Source: a virus
Length of the DNA: 52,745 nucleotides
IMG/VR virus record: IMGVR_UViG_3300043184_000117
Direction: 5' to 3' (one strand)
A model generated the notes under the pieces. The model had not been told where the DNA came from, did not search any database, and saw only the letters and a program-made list of their open reading frames with translations. This document shows, one piece after another, positions 8,688-17,939 of the stretch (position 1 is its first letter; the number at the start of each line of letters is the position of its first letter). A program made the position numbers and the translations under genes.

Positions 8688-9056
8688 ATGTCACGATCAA
8701 AAAAACACAGAGGATTGTATGCAAATTGCCACTACGATTACAACAAGGAATTTGTTGATATTGATTATATTAATAAACTAACCGATGAAGAAGCGGAATG
8801 GTATAGTAATTTTTTAGACAATTACTACGGTGGTAGATTTAAAAAAGATGACAGTAAAAATCCTATAAAAGACCGAAATGCTTCATATAATGCGGCACAT
8901 GAGCGGCGTAGAGATTTTATGTCAGCTAGGTTTAAATCTAGGATTAAATATTATGAAAATATGCATGAAGGTTTAGAAGCCACTGAACGAGGGATATACA
9001 AAACCACCCAACTCTCAACCCCACCTAAACCATCTCTTTCGGAATCAGATGAATAA
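8688..9056 (+). CDS. Hypothetical protein (122 aa)
   Basis: ORF track; RBS AGGAA. Confidence 0.6.
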   Translation: MSRSKKHRGLYANCHYDYNKEFVDIDYINKLTDEEAEWYSNFLDNYYGGRFKKDDSKNPIKDRNASYNAAHERRRDFMSARFKSRIKYYENMHEGLEATERGIYKTTQLSTPPKPSLSESDE

Positions 9057-9522
9057 CCTACAACTAACCGTATTTGCAGAACCCTTCTCAATTAACAAAG
9101 CTTACTACTTAAAATCATATGGATCTATGTCTGCCACAAAAGTAAGGACTAAGGAATGTAGGGAGTGGGGTGATAAGATATTATTTCAATTTGAAAAATA
9201 TAGTAATGATTTTAAGCAATTTAAAGAATGTTTTAATGAAGATACTGATGCATTGCGCATAGAGTTGACATATAATATACCAAGGGATTATTATTATACA
9301 AAAGAAGGTAAAATTAGTTTGAGGTCTTGTGATTTGACTAATGTAGAAAAGTTGTTGGTTGATATACTATGCGATGAGCGATTTAATGGAAGATATTTAA
9401 ACGGTAATAAAATATTAAATTTAAACATAAATGATAAGTATATTACCGAATTGTTTAGTGAAAAAAAGCCCAGTGATAAGGAGTATAAAATAATTATAAA
9501 AATTATTAAAATACCCAAATAA
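9049..9522 (+). CDS. RusA-like Holliday junction resolvase
   Basis: AEPFSINKAYY (cf. RusA PPSNNRYY) and CDLTNVEKLLVDILCDE (cf. RusA DLDNLQKAAFDAL). Confidence 0.5.
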   Translation: MNNLQLTVFAEPFSINKAYYLKSYGSMSATKVRTKECREWGDKILFQFEKYSNDFKQFKECFNEDTDALRIELTYNIPRDYYYTKEGKISLRSCDLTNVEKLLVDILCDERFNGRYLNGNKILNLNINDKYITELFSEKKPSDKEYKIIIKIIKIPK

Positions 9523-9553
9523 TAACCTTACTAAGTTAGAATAAAGGTGAGAT

Positions 9554-9835
9554 ATGAAATCAGAACTACAAGACGCCCTAGAATCCAGCCAATTGTTAAA
9601 TGAAGCCCTAGACCTTACTCGCGCCCACCTCTCTCAATTATCTCAAAAAGTAAAAGACGGCGAGAGTATTACATCTCAAGATGCGTTTGCTTTATGCTCA
9701 TATATAAAAACCCTTACCGGGTTTGAAAAAGCTAAACGTGAGTTTAAAAAAGACGATAAAAAAGAGATATCACTACTTACAGATGAAGAGCTCCAAGAAG
9801 AATTACGAAAATTGTCTATTAAGGGGGCGGTATGA
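9554..9835 (+). CDS. Hypothetical coiled-coil protein (93 aa)
   Basis: ORF track; RBS AAGGTGAG. Confidence 0.55.
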   Translation: MKSELQDALESSQLLNEALDLTRAHLSQLSQKVKDGESITSQDAFALCSYIKTLTGFEKAKREFKKDDKKEISLLTDEELQEELRKLSIKGAV

Positions 9836-10257
9836 TTGAGTGCATAATCCGTCCTCCAGATATTTCCGACACCGGGTTTATTTTCAATAGCTGGCTAAAA
9901 AGCTACCGCAACTCGGATTTTGCCAAACACCAGTGTAATGCTGTGTATTTTGGATCGTACAAGTTTATTGTTGAAAAAATAATTGAAAAGAGTATGATCT
10001 ATGTGGCATGCGATCCTAAAGATTATACACATGTGTATGGGTATGTAGTTTTTCAAGAACTACCTAAAAATAACCTATTATTACACTACGTATATGTAAA
10101 ACATACCTATAGAAAAATGGGAGTAGCTAAAAAGCTTCTTAAACAAATAGTAAAATCGGAAAACCCAATTCTTGTCACGCACTGGGCTCAATCGTGTAAA
10201 AAAACAGATCAAACAAAATTTATTTACGACCCATACAAAATACAAGGAGCTGTATGA
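9832..10257 (+). CDS. GNAT-family N-acetyltransferase-like protein
   Basis: HYVYVKHTYRKMGVAKKLLKQI resembles the GNAT motif A (R/Q-x-x-G-x-A). Confidence 0.5.
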   Translation: MIECIIRPPDISDTGFIFNSWLKSYRNSDFAKHQCNAVYFGSYKFIVEKIIEKSMIYVACDPKDYTHVYGYVVFQELPKNNLLLHYVYVKHTYRKMGVAKKLLKQIVKSENPILVTHWAQSCKKTDQTKFIYDPYKIQGAV

Positions 10258-10685
10258 TTTTTAAATGCTTAAAATTAGATCAAGAAGCAAGAACGCCCTC
10301 AAAAGCCCACCCTTTAGATAGTGGGTTTGATTTATATACGATTGAGGGGGTGTCACTAAGACCCGGTCAAACTGCGATAGTTAGGACTGGAATTGCTATT
10401 GAACTTCCATATGGGTTTGAAGCCCAAATCAGACCGCGCAGTGGAATTAGTGCCAAATCTGGATTAGTTGTAATGTTAGGAACTATTGATAACCAATATC
10501 GAGGGGAGCTGGGTATTATTGTCAAAAATGTCGGATTTGATTTAGAAGTTATTCCAAAAGGAATGAAACTCGCTCAACTAGTTATTATGCAACTTCCAAT
10601 ATTTGATATGGAATTGGTGGACGAATTAACTCCAGCCAGATCTAGAAATTCCAGCGGATTTGGCTCATCTGGAAACGGGGTTTAG
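10254..10685 (+). CDS. dut: dUTP diphosphatase (trimeric dUTPase)
   Basis: DSGFDLY, IRPRSGISAKSG, GTIDNQYRGELG, SGFGSSG motifs. Confidence 0.9.
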   Translation: MIFKCLKLDQEARTPSKAHPLDSGFDLYTIEGVSLRPGQTAIVRTGIAIELPYGFEAQIRPRSGISAKSGLVVMLGTIDNQYRGELGIIVKNVGFDLEVIPKGMKLAQLVIMQLPIFDMELVDELTPARSRNSSGFGSSGNGV

Positions 10686-10686
10686 T

Positions 10687-10911
10687 ATGGACTTTAAAGA
10701 TTTATTACAAGAGTATTCAAATTTATGTACTCGAATTGGGGATTACACTATACAAATTAATCACCTTTCTAGAAAATTAGATAAAATACAAACAACTGAT
10801 TCTATTATGACAACAGATGACCATAAACAATATTTAAATGCTTTTAATAAACGAAAAGAATTAATTGACGATGCTGAACTTATACTATCAATATTAAGGA
10901 GAGAAGAATGA
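10687..10911 (+). CDS. Hypothetical protein (74 aa)
   Basis: ORF track; start moved to MDFKDLL just after the dut stop. Confidence 0.5.
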   Translation: MDFKDLLQEYSNLCTRIGDYTIQINHLSRKLDKIQTTDSIMTTDDHKQYLNAFNKRKELIDDAELILSILRREE

Positions 10912-11126
10912 ATATCCAAAGAATAAAGTTTTATCTATCAATAAAATGTAGTATTCAAGGCAACGGAAAAACAGAATTTAATTACATAGACACATCCGTC
11001 GATCCTTATATTATTACACTTAAAGATAATTTAGTAAATATAACCCACACATCAACCAATGAGGAAACGTTTACTACACTGAGTAATGTGGTTTACTTTA
11101 CCAAGGTAAATGAAAAATCTAAATAA
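10908..11126 (+). CDS. Hypothetical protein (72 aa) directly upstream of terL (small-terminase position, no motif support)
   Basis: ORF track; overlaps both neighbours by a few nt. Confidence 0.5.
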   Translation: MNIQRIKFYLSIKCSIQGNGKTEFNYIDTSVDPYIITLKDNLVNITHTSTNEETFTTLSNVVYFTKVNEKSK

Positions 11127-13533
11127 AGAGCAAATAAAGTTATATATTGAGGAAGCTAAAAAACGGCTACGGGTGCCGTTTGAAATCAATAATTTTTGCT
11201 TTGACAAGCAATTAAATTTTATTAATGATCCAGCTAGATATAAAACTGCTGTATGTAGTCGTCGATGCTTAGCTGAAAACACCCTAGTTCAAACAACGGA
11301 AGGACCTAAAAAAATTCAGGATATAAAAATTGGAGATTGGGTTTTTGATGAAAACATGAAACCAATTAAAGTTGTTAAAGTGTTTAATAACGGTAAAAAA
11401 GAAGTTGTTGAAGTTTTGCATAATAATAAAATAATGTTTGAAGCCACAACTAACCATGTAATGTTAACCTATCACCCAAGGGCTGGAGGAGTAAAGCAAC
11501 GTCCGCTTAAGAATTTTTATGACGGAGTTAAGATAGTAAGAAATGAAGTAGATCGTAATAATGGCAAAGCTGTAAAATATGCATATGCTATAGGCGCACT
11601 ATTAGGGGATGGGTGTAGTAGAGTAAATTATAAAAGTTATATAACTATATCATCAGAAGATGAAATTATCCCAAATAAAGTTGGTGAATTATTGAATGCA
11701 AGCAGAATCCATAAGTGTCATACAAGTAATTATAATTATTCTATCTACTTAGACAGCATTCCACAAATTTATTTAGATTGGTGTAATACTAGATACGCGC
11801 ATGAGAAAGTATGTGATATTAATGAAATTCTAACGTGGGATAGACCTTCAAGGTTGGCATTTATTGCTGGGCTAATTGATACCGATGGATCAGTGTGCAA
11901 CGCAGCTGACGGCATTCAAATTGATATTAGCATGCAAGCAAAATCAGTTATTGAAGCAGCCCAACTATTATTTCTAGACTTATGGCAATTTAGCCCATCT
12001 ATTTTAGTTGATAGTAGACCTAAATATAAAAACGGTCCCGTATATGTGTTAAGATTTAAACATAATTACTTTGGTAAAAAAATACTTAAAGATTTAGATC
12101 CATATCTCATGACACTACGTAAAAAATGGAAAAGCGAGTATGAGTTTAAATTAGAAAATAATTATAATTCTAAATACGTAGGAGTAGTGTTTGGAAAAAC
12201 CTCAATAAAGCATACTTACGATATCCATGTCGACTCACCATCAAATTTATACATGTTAGCTAATGGATTAATTACTCACAATTCTGGTAAATCTGTAAGT
12301 TGCGCCGCACATCTTGTATCTCAATGCACATCTAAAAAAAATCAAAAATGCTTATATATAACATTAACTCGCGGTACTGCTAAAAAAATTGTATGGAAAG
12401 AGATAAATGAGATTATAAAACTACATAATTTAAACGTTGAAACTAATGGCACTGACCTAACAATGACGTTCCTAGACACAAACTCAATTATATATTTTTC
12501 TGGAGCTAGTAAAAAAGACGAAGTTGAAAAGTTTCGAGGCTTATCATTAAACCTAGTGTATATTGATGAGGTGCAATCATTTAAACCTTTTATAAAAGAG
12601 TTAATTGATGAAGTATTGGCTTACACCGTTTTGGATACCGCCGGCACCATTGCTTTAATTGGAACGCCTGGACCAATACCAGGCGGGTTTTTTTACGAGA
12701 CTTCCCACTCGATAGGCTGGAGCAACCACAAATGGACTGTATTTGATAATCCCCATATTAAACTTAAAACAGGATTAGAACCTGAAGAATTATTAAGGCA
12801 AGAGCGCGAGCGTCGTGGTATTAGTGAAAACGATCCTGCCTACTTACGAGAGGCTCTTGGAATGTGGATTCAAGATTCTGACTCGTTAGTATTTAAATAC
12901 AACCCTAGTATTAACAACTACGATAAATTACCAGATGAGGAATTGGTTCATATTTTTGGAGTAGACTTAGGATATAATGATTCTGATGCAATAGCAGTAT
13001 TAGGCTACTCACGCATTCAAAAAAAAGTATTTTTAGTTGAAGAATGGGTCAAGGATAAGCAGGGTATTACCGAACTTGCTGAACAAATTAAACTGATGAT
13101 CAACAAGTATAAGCCCGTCAAAATAAAGATCGATGCTGGTGCTTTAGGTAAGAAGATTAGTGAAGAATTAATTAGGCGTCATCAAATTCCAGTAGAAGCA
13201 TCTGACAAACACAGAAAATTAGAGTATATTGAGTTTATGAACGACGACCTCCGTACTGGCAAATTTTTAATAAAATCTAACAGTATTACTGCACACGATG
13301 CAATGCTTATGACCTGGGATATACGAACTAAAGATAAACGCACGGTATCCGATCAATTTCACTCCGATATACTTGATGCGGTTTTATATGCTCACCGTGA
13401 GGCAAAACATTATTTTGCCGAAGCTCCAATAAAAGTATACAAATCTGATGAAGTTAAAGTTAACGAGTTTTGGGAAAAAGAAGCCCAGGAATTAGAGCAA
13501 AAAAAATTGAAAGCGGAATGGTGGGATCAGTGA
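11110..13533 (+). CDS. terL: Terminase large subunit, interrupted by an intein (468-aa extein plus 339-aa intein)
   Basis: The spliced junction restores the Walker A SRR|SGKS (cf. T4 gp17 SRQLGKT). LVYIDEV Walker B, ALIGTPG coupling motif, C-terminal nuclease-like FGVDLGY...D. Confidence 0.9.
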   Translation: MKNLNKEQIKLYIEEAKKRLRVPFEINNFCFDKQLNFINDPARYKTAVCSRRCLAENTLVQTTEGPKKIQDIKIGDWVFDENMKPIKVVKVFNNGKKEVVEVLHNNKIMFEATTNHVMLTYHPRAGGVKQRPLKNFYDGVKIVRNEVDRNNGKAVKYAYAIGALLGDGCSRVNYKSYITISSEDEIIPNKVGELLNASRIHKCHTSNYNYSIYLDSIPQIYLDWCNTRYAHEKVCDINEILTWDRPSRLAFIAGLIDTDGSVCNAADGIQIDISMQAKSVIEAAQLLFLDLWQFSPSILVDSRPKYKNGPVYVLRFKHNYFGKKILKDLDPYLMTLRKKWKSEYEFKLENNYNSKYVGVVFGKTSIKHTYDIHVDSPSNLYMLANGLITHNSGKSVSCAAHLVSQCTSKKNQKCLYITLTRGTAKKIVWKEINEIIKLHNLNVETNGTDLTMTFLDTNSIIYFSGASKKDEVEKFRGLSLNLVYIDEVQSFKPFIKELIDEVLAYTVLDTAGTIALIGTPGPIPGGFFYETSHSIGWSNHKWTVFDNPHIKLKTGLEPEELLRQERERRGISENDPAYLREALGMWIQDSDSLVFKYNPSINNYDKLPDEELVHIFGVDLGYNDSDAIAVLGYSRIQKKVFLVEEWVKDKQGITELAEQIKLMINKYKPVKIKIDAGALGKKISEELIRRHQIPVEASDKHRKLEYIEFMNDDLRTGKFLIKSNSITAHDAMLMTWDIRTKDKRTVSDQFHSDILDAVLYAHREAKHYFAEAPIKVYKSDEVKVNEFWEKEAQELEQKKLKAEWWDQ
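11266..12282 (+). mobile_element. Class 1 intein with LAGLIDADG homing endonuclease, inserted in the TerL P-loop
   Basis: Starts with Cys (CLAENTLV, block A); TTNHVM (block B TxxH); two dodecapeptide motifs IGALLGDGCS and IAGLIDTDGS; ends ..GLITHN followed by Ser (+1). Confidence 0.88.
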
Positions 13534-13763
13534 TTAAGTATCAATGGGATAAAGTCCCAAGAGAATTGGTTGATTTGGAAATACCCCTTGATCTTATGAT
13601 TAAGGTTAGTGAGTTCGTGCATTTTGCCGCATCCAGAAAGCACAGTGCATATGAAAAACACGTTATCGACGATCTAGATATTATCCTCAATTCTGGGAAC
13701 TTGCCAGATGTTAACAAAAAGTATATTATATATTTTTTAACGGAGCTAAGACCTATTCAATAA
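13518..13763 (+). CDS. Hypothetical protein (81 aa)
   Basis: ORF track; start moved to MVGSVIK, overlapping the terL stop. Confidence 0.5.
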   Translation: MVGSVIKYQWDKVPRELVDLEIPLDLMIKVSEFVHFAASRKHSAYEKHVIDDLDIILNSGNLPDVNKKYIIYFLTELRPIQ

Positions 13764-13777
13764 CTAAAGGACTCAGC

Positions 13778-14410
13778 ATGAATGTAGAATTAGTTTCTAT
13801 ATCTAAGCCTTTAAACGACATGACCCCTGAACAGTTTATAGCTTACGTAGCAAGAGTTTCTAACCCTTCAAATCAATTAAATATAGAAACTGCGCCAAAA
13901 TTATTAAAATATTGCATGGATCACGGACATTGGTCTATATTTGAAACAGTTACCTGCACATTTGAAATTAAAACTAGTAGGGCAATTGCCGCACAAATAC
14001 TCAGACACCGATCCTTTACTTTTCAAGAATTTAGCCAAAGGTATGCATCGGTTGCAGAGTTTGAAACCTACAACGCTAGACGCCAAGATACCAAAAATCG
14101 TCAAAACAGCATTGATGATTTACCTCAAGACACTAAAGAGTGGTTTATTTACGCGCAGAAACAAGTATCTGATAGTGCTTACGAATTGTATGTGCAAGCA
14201 TTGAGTAAGGGAGTTGCTAAGGAGCAGGCGCGATTTTTGCTCCCACTTAGCACCCAAACCAAGCTGTACATGACAGGCTCAATACGTAGCTGGATTCACT
14301 ATCTCAATGTGCGTACAACTTCTGATACGCAATTAGAGCATAGAGAAATTGCAATTGAAATTAAGGAAAAATTAAAATTACATTTTCCTAATATTTTTAA
14401 TAATTTATAG
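13778..14410 (+). CDS. thyX: Flavin-dependent thymidylate synthase ThyX
   Basis: ThyX signature [14 protein letters not shown] (RHRxxSxxxxSxR); size 210 aa. Confidence 0.9.
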   Translation: MNVELVSISKPLNDMTPEQFIAYVARVSNPSNQLNIETAPKLLKYCMDHGHWSIFETVTCTFEIKTSRAIAAQILRHRSFTFQEFSQRYASVAEFETYNARRQDTKNRQNSIDDLPQDTKEWFIYAQKQVSDSAYELYVQALSKGVAKEQARFLLPLSTQTKLYMTGSIRSWIHYLNVRTTSDTQLEHREIAIEIKEKLKLHFPNIFNNL

Positions 14411-14418
14411 CTCTAAAG

Positions 14419-14481
14419 TTGTACCCGCTAAGGTATAAATATTTATTTTTTTATTTTTTTGTACCTGAAAGGGTATAAATA
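14419..14481 (+). repeat. Two copies (40-bp period) of TTGTACC-N6-GGTATAAATA small hairpin units after thyX
   Basis: ttgtacccgctaaggtataaata and ttgtacctgaaagggtataaata; each can form a UACC/GGUA stem; the first is followed by a T-rich run. Confidence 0.6.
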
Positions 14482-14503
14482 ATGTACATCTTAAAATATA
14501 TAA

Positions 14504-14532
14504 TTGTTAAAAAAGTAAAATTATGATACTAT
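14504..14532 (+). promoter_or_regulatory. Sigma-70-like promoter upstream of the lysis cassette
   Basis: TTGTTA-N17-TACTAT. Confidence 0.4.
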
Positions 14533-14550
14533 ATATAATATGGGGAAATT

Positions 14551-14745
14551 ATGAAAAAAAGTGAAGTAGTAGACTACATAGTAAAAAATGGAAGATGTCA
14601 GATTTCTGAAATTCAAGCAGAAGATGTTTTACGTTTAATTGATGAATTAGGATTTCTTCCGCCAAGAACACAGTTAAATAAATTAAAACTACAAGATAAT
14701 GGATACGATGTTGAGGAGGAACTTTATGGCAGTCGTAAGTTATAA
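14551..14745 (+). CDS. Hypothetical protein (64 aa)
   Basis: ORF track. Confidence 0.5.
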   Translation: MKKSEVVDYIVKNGRCQISEIQAEDVLRLIDELGFLPPRTQLNKLKLQDNGYDVEEELYGSRKL

Positions 14746-15109
14746 AAAAGGATCTAAAACAAAGTTGTCCGATCATTTTAACTCTTCTGAATTTGATTGT
14801 AATTGTACTAATTGTGATACTACTTTGATTGATAGCGAGTTAGTAGAAATGCTAGAGGATTTGCGATCAGAAGTTAATGCGCCAATAAAAATTCATTCTG
14901 GATATAGGTGCGAAAATCATAACCGCGCCATCGGTGGAGCTCAAAATTCAACCCACACTGCCGGCAAAGCAGTTGATATAAGTATAAAAAATTTAGATTT
15001 GTTATATAAAGAAGCTTGTGAGCATTTTTATGCTGTAGGTGATGGTAGAAATAAAGGATTTATACACGTCGACACTCGGTCCGATAAAACCAGACGTTGG
15101 AATTATTAG
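14726..15109 (+). CDS. Endolysin, zinc peptidase M15 (D-Ala-D-Ala carboxypeptidase-like)
   Basis: HSGYRCENHNRAIGGAQNSTHTAGKAVDI...GFIHVD (H-x6-D...H zinc ligand pattern). Start moved to MAVVSYK (RBS GGAGGA). Confidence 0.8.
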   Translation: MAVVSYKKGSKTKLSDHFNSSEFDCNCTNCDTTLIDSELVEMLEDLRSEVNAPIKIHSGYRCENHNRAIGGAQNSTHTAGKAVDISIKNLDLLYKEACEHFYAVGDGRNKGFIHVDTRSDKTRRWNY

Positions 15110-15117
15110 GAGCAATT

Positions 15118-15327
15118 ATGAAGCTAATTATTATAATGGCGTTTTTAGTCTCATGCGCAAATATGAGACATAAATCTATATTTGATGAACCAGTTCCAGA
15201 ATTGACAAGAAGAGAAAAAGAAAGGCGCTCTTTTATTTTATGTGTTCAGAGATTTTGGGATGCAGGGATGACTGCCGAGGATGCAAAAGAAGTTTGTACT
15301 AATTCAATGGCGTTTCCCGAAAGATAA
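15118..15327 (+). CDS. Small lipoprotein next to the endolysin (o-spanin-like)
   Basis: MKLIIIMAFLVSC lipobox (LVSC); RBS AGGAG; position immediately after the endolysin. Confidence 0.55.
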   Translation: MKLIIIMAFLVSCANMRHKSIFDEPVPELTRREKERRSFILCVQRFWDAGMTAEDAKEVCTNSMAFPER

Positions 15328-15795
15328 TACTTTTACCAACTCAGTGGGTGCTTTCATACTAAAATCTTTATTGAGTAACTTGCCTATTACTTCACAACAA
15401 AAATATCTAGAGGGTTTATTAAACTTATTTTTTTCAGGTATAGCCATAAAAAATAATTTAAATAATATAATTCTATAAGCAAAATATAATATGCCTTCGT
15501 AATCATATCTTTTATTTTTTAAATTTTTAAAATGATTTTTTAGTTCTTTATAACATATAGATTGATAAAATGGGATACATTTTATTTGCTCATTTATAGT
15601 TAACCACTTGTTGTACGAAATAATACGTACGCCACTAGTTAGAGTAGATTCAAATACCCAGCGTTTATTGACTAATATTGCCACATGCGAGGGCGTAGGA
15701 ACTTGTGTTTGATTTAAGGATTGAGTAGACCAACTTATCAATTTGCTGCCAATCTTATTGTTGCGACTAAATAAGAAATGGAGTTGTACTTTCAT
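15304..15795 (-). CDS. Permuted papain-fold (NlpC/P60-YiiX-like) hydrolase candidate
   Basis: His-before-Cys order: PSHVAILV ... RYFCCEVI; last gene of the minus-strand block. Confidence 0.35.
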   Translation of the reverse strand: MKVQLHFLFSRNNKIGSKLISWSTQSLNQTQVPTPSHVAILVNKRWVFESTLTSGVRIISYNKWLTINEQIKCIPFYQSICYKELKNHFKNLKNKRYDYEGILYFAYRIILFKLFFMAIPEKNKFNKPSRYFCCEVIGKLLNKDFSMKAPTELVKVLSFGKRH

Positions 15796-16205
15796 AAATA
15801 AAAATGGCGCTGAAGTTTTTCAATCCAACCAAATTTTATTTCATCGGTGATTAGTGGATTGTTAATTGTAATTAATTTTTGTGACGCCAACTCAAAACTT
15901 AATGTAGATACATCATCAAGGACTAACTTTAATCCAGCATCTTGAGTCAACTCAATAAGTTGAGATGTAGTCCACGTACCTGCACGAACCCGCGCCATAT
16001 TTTCACTTGCCATTTCTGCTAAAATTTTATCTTTAGCTTGAGCGCGCTTAAGATAGCGTTCATAATCTCTATCGTATTGAGTTGGTACAACTGGGGCTAC
16101 TGCGTAAGGTGCTAGCACCGATTGCCACACCGATTCCGGAGTATTATTGGGAAGATCCATTTGACCTAAAATATTACCTTGCCAATCAACAATATTTCTA
16201 ATCAT
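15792..16205 (-). CDS. Hypothetical virion-module protein (137 aa)
   Basis: ORF track; ATGA-type coupling. Confidence 0.55.
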   Translation of the reverse strand: MIRNIVDWQGNILGQMDLPNNTPESVWQSVLAPYAVAPVVPTQYDRDYERYLKRAQAKDKILAEMASENMARVRAGTWTTSQLIELTQDAGLKLVLDDVSTLSFELASQKLITINNPLITDEIKFGWIEKLQRHFYL

Positions 16206-16214
16206 AATTACTCC

Positions 16215-17408
16215 TTATAAATCCCTAATACATGATCCACCAGCACCACCACCGCCCCCAGTAATACCAACGTTAGCACTCCCAGCTACACCAGCAGCAC
16301 CTACAGTAGTATTACCAATTTTAGTTAATGTTTCGTGAATTCTTATTCGTCCACCTGTACCACCACCGCCACCTGAACCTCCAAGTCCGGTACCATTACC
16401 ATTACCACCATTACCGCCCATACCGCCTGAAGCATTTATTAACCCAGTTATTGTTGGACCAGAAAGAGTTTCATAAAATATAATTATGTATCCACCACCT
16501 CCACCGGCTCCACCTCCTCCACCCCCAACGTTTCCAACTGACCCAGAAGCGCCGTTTCCTCCCATACCACCTCTTGAAGTAATACAACTTGCTGGGGTAG
16601 ATACAGATTTAGTAATAGTTCTAGCCCAAATACCTATAATTCCTCCACCAGCACCGCCGCCACCACCGCCTCGTCCTGTGTTAGTTCCATCACCACCACC
16701 TGACGAACCACCAGGTCCACCAGCACCTGCTTGAATAAGAGAAACTCCCCTAATAATATCATAAGTAAATCTTGCAAAATCTGTAGGAATTGTTGCTGTA
16801 GCTGCGGATCTTGATATACCACCTGCACTAACACCTGTACCGCCTGCACCACCTGCACCAGATGATCCTCCGTTTGATGGAGTTGTTGCTGTAGTGGCAG
16901 CGGCTTGTGCTCCAGAACCTGTAACCCCAGTACCTCCTGTTCCACCAGCTGTGTTAGCACCAAGTGTTTGAGCTGTATATGCAGCAGACCCAGCAACGCC
17001 TGTTGCAGCCGTGGCGTTGGATCCATTAAGAGCGCTTAGAGTAATAGCGTTAACTCCTGCATTAGATAAATTTAAATTATTTTTTACAAATATTCTGTAA
17101 CCATTTGTACGAATTTGAGCTGAACCGGTTAATGTTAAGTTATTGTAGTACATATCACTAGTTAAAGTAGTAGTACCTGAACTTAACGTAACATCACCAT
17201 CTTCTCCATTACCAAAATCTTGTATGGAGTTAGTTTGTGCTGGTCCTGCTATACCGCCGTATGGTAATAAATTCCAAGTTTGAGTCCCATTACCAATTTT
17301 AAATTGAGATGTGTTTGTTTCTATTCCTATTTCGCCCTGCGCTAAAATAGGGTTAACCGTTGACCAGTTAGTTGAAGTATCCCGTCTTAATTGTATTTGA
17401 ACAGCCAT
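16215..17408 (-). CDS. Glycine-rich tail fibre/receptor-binding protein
   Basis: Conserved fibre N-terminus MAVQIQLRRDTSTNW...GEIGIETNT..FKIGNG; long GGxGG tracts ending GGGGYIIIFYE. Confidence 0.65.
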   Translation of the reverse strand: MAVQIQLRRDTSTNWSTVNPILAQGEIGIETNTSQFKIGNGTQTWNLLPYGGIAGPAQTNSIQDFGNGEDGDVTLSSGTTTLTSDMYYNNLTLTGSAQIRTNGYRIFVKNNLNLSNAGVNAITLSALNGSNATAATGVAGSAAYTAQTLGANTAGGTGGTGVTGSGAQAAATTATTPSNGGSSGAGGAGGTGVSAGGISRSAATATIPTDFARFTYDIIRGVSLIQAGAGGPGGSSGGGDGTNTGRGGGGGGAGGGIIGIWARTITKSVSTPASCITSRGGMGGNGASGSVGNVGGGGGGAGGGGGYIIIFYETLSGPTITGLINASGGMGGNGGNGNGTGLGGSGGGGGTGGRIRIHETLTKIGNTTVGAAGVAGSANVGITGGGGGAGGSCIRDL

Positions 17409-17420
17409 ATGTACTCCTTA

Positions 17421-17786
17421 TTAAATTGCATTTCCACCATCTATTGGACTAATACCACCATACACTGAAGCAGCAGCTCCACCATCAAGATTTATAGCAG
17501 CGCTATTAGCTATTGTAATCGATCCAGCAGCGTTAGTAATTACTATACCAGCCCCAGCAGTTAATGTCGATTGAGTGTATCCGGTGCCATTTCCTATCAA
17601 TAATTGCCCGTTAGATGGTACTGAGCTTATCCCAGTTCCTCCACTAGTAATTCCAAAAACACCTGATATATCAGACGCATCATAATCTCCCGATTGAGGG
17701 AGTACGACGCCTGTGCGTCCATTAAACGAACTAACCCCACCGCTACCACCGCCTGATACGGGTAATTTTATAAATGTACTACTCAA
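17421..17786 (-). CDS. Tail fibre protein fragment/adaptor (Phage_fiber_2-like repeat)
   Basis: SSFNGRTGVVLPQSGDYDASDI and TSGGTGISS motifs; TTG start with GGAGG RBS. Confidence 0.55.
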   Translation of the reverse strand: MSSTFIKLPVSGGGSGGVSSFNGRTGVVLPQSGDYDASDISGVFGITSGGTGISSVPSNGQLLIGNGTGYTQSTLTAGAGIVITNAAGSITIANSAAINLDGGAAASVYGGISPIDGGNAI

Positions 17787-17939
17787 TCGATACCTCCAGC
17801 ATATTCATGGACTCGTATTTTTTGCGGATCGCTAGTTACAAATATACTAGCCATAGTTACACTCCGTACCAAAATTTTAAATTATTACAATTAACTCTTT
17901 CATTTCTACAAACACGCGCAATAGAACTATAATCTATAT

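Noticed and set aside
16486-17026. Proline-rich ORF (16486-16734, +) and Q/L-rich ORF (16634-17026, -) overlapping the glycine-rich fibre gene
   Set aside because: They are alternative-frame or antisense readings of GGN-rich codons (GGT GGT read as ACC ACC, etc.). The 397-aa frame has a fibre-like N-terminus and good gene context.
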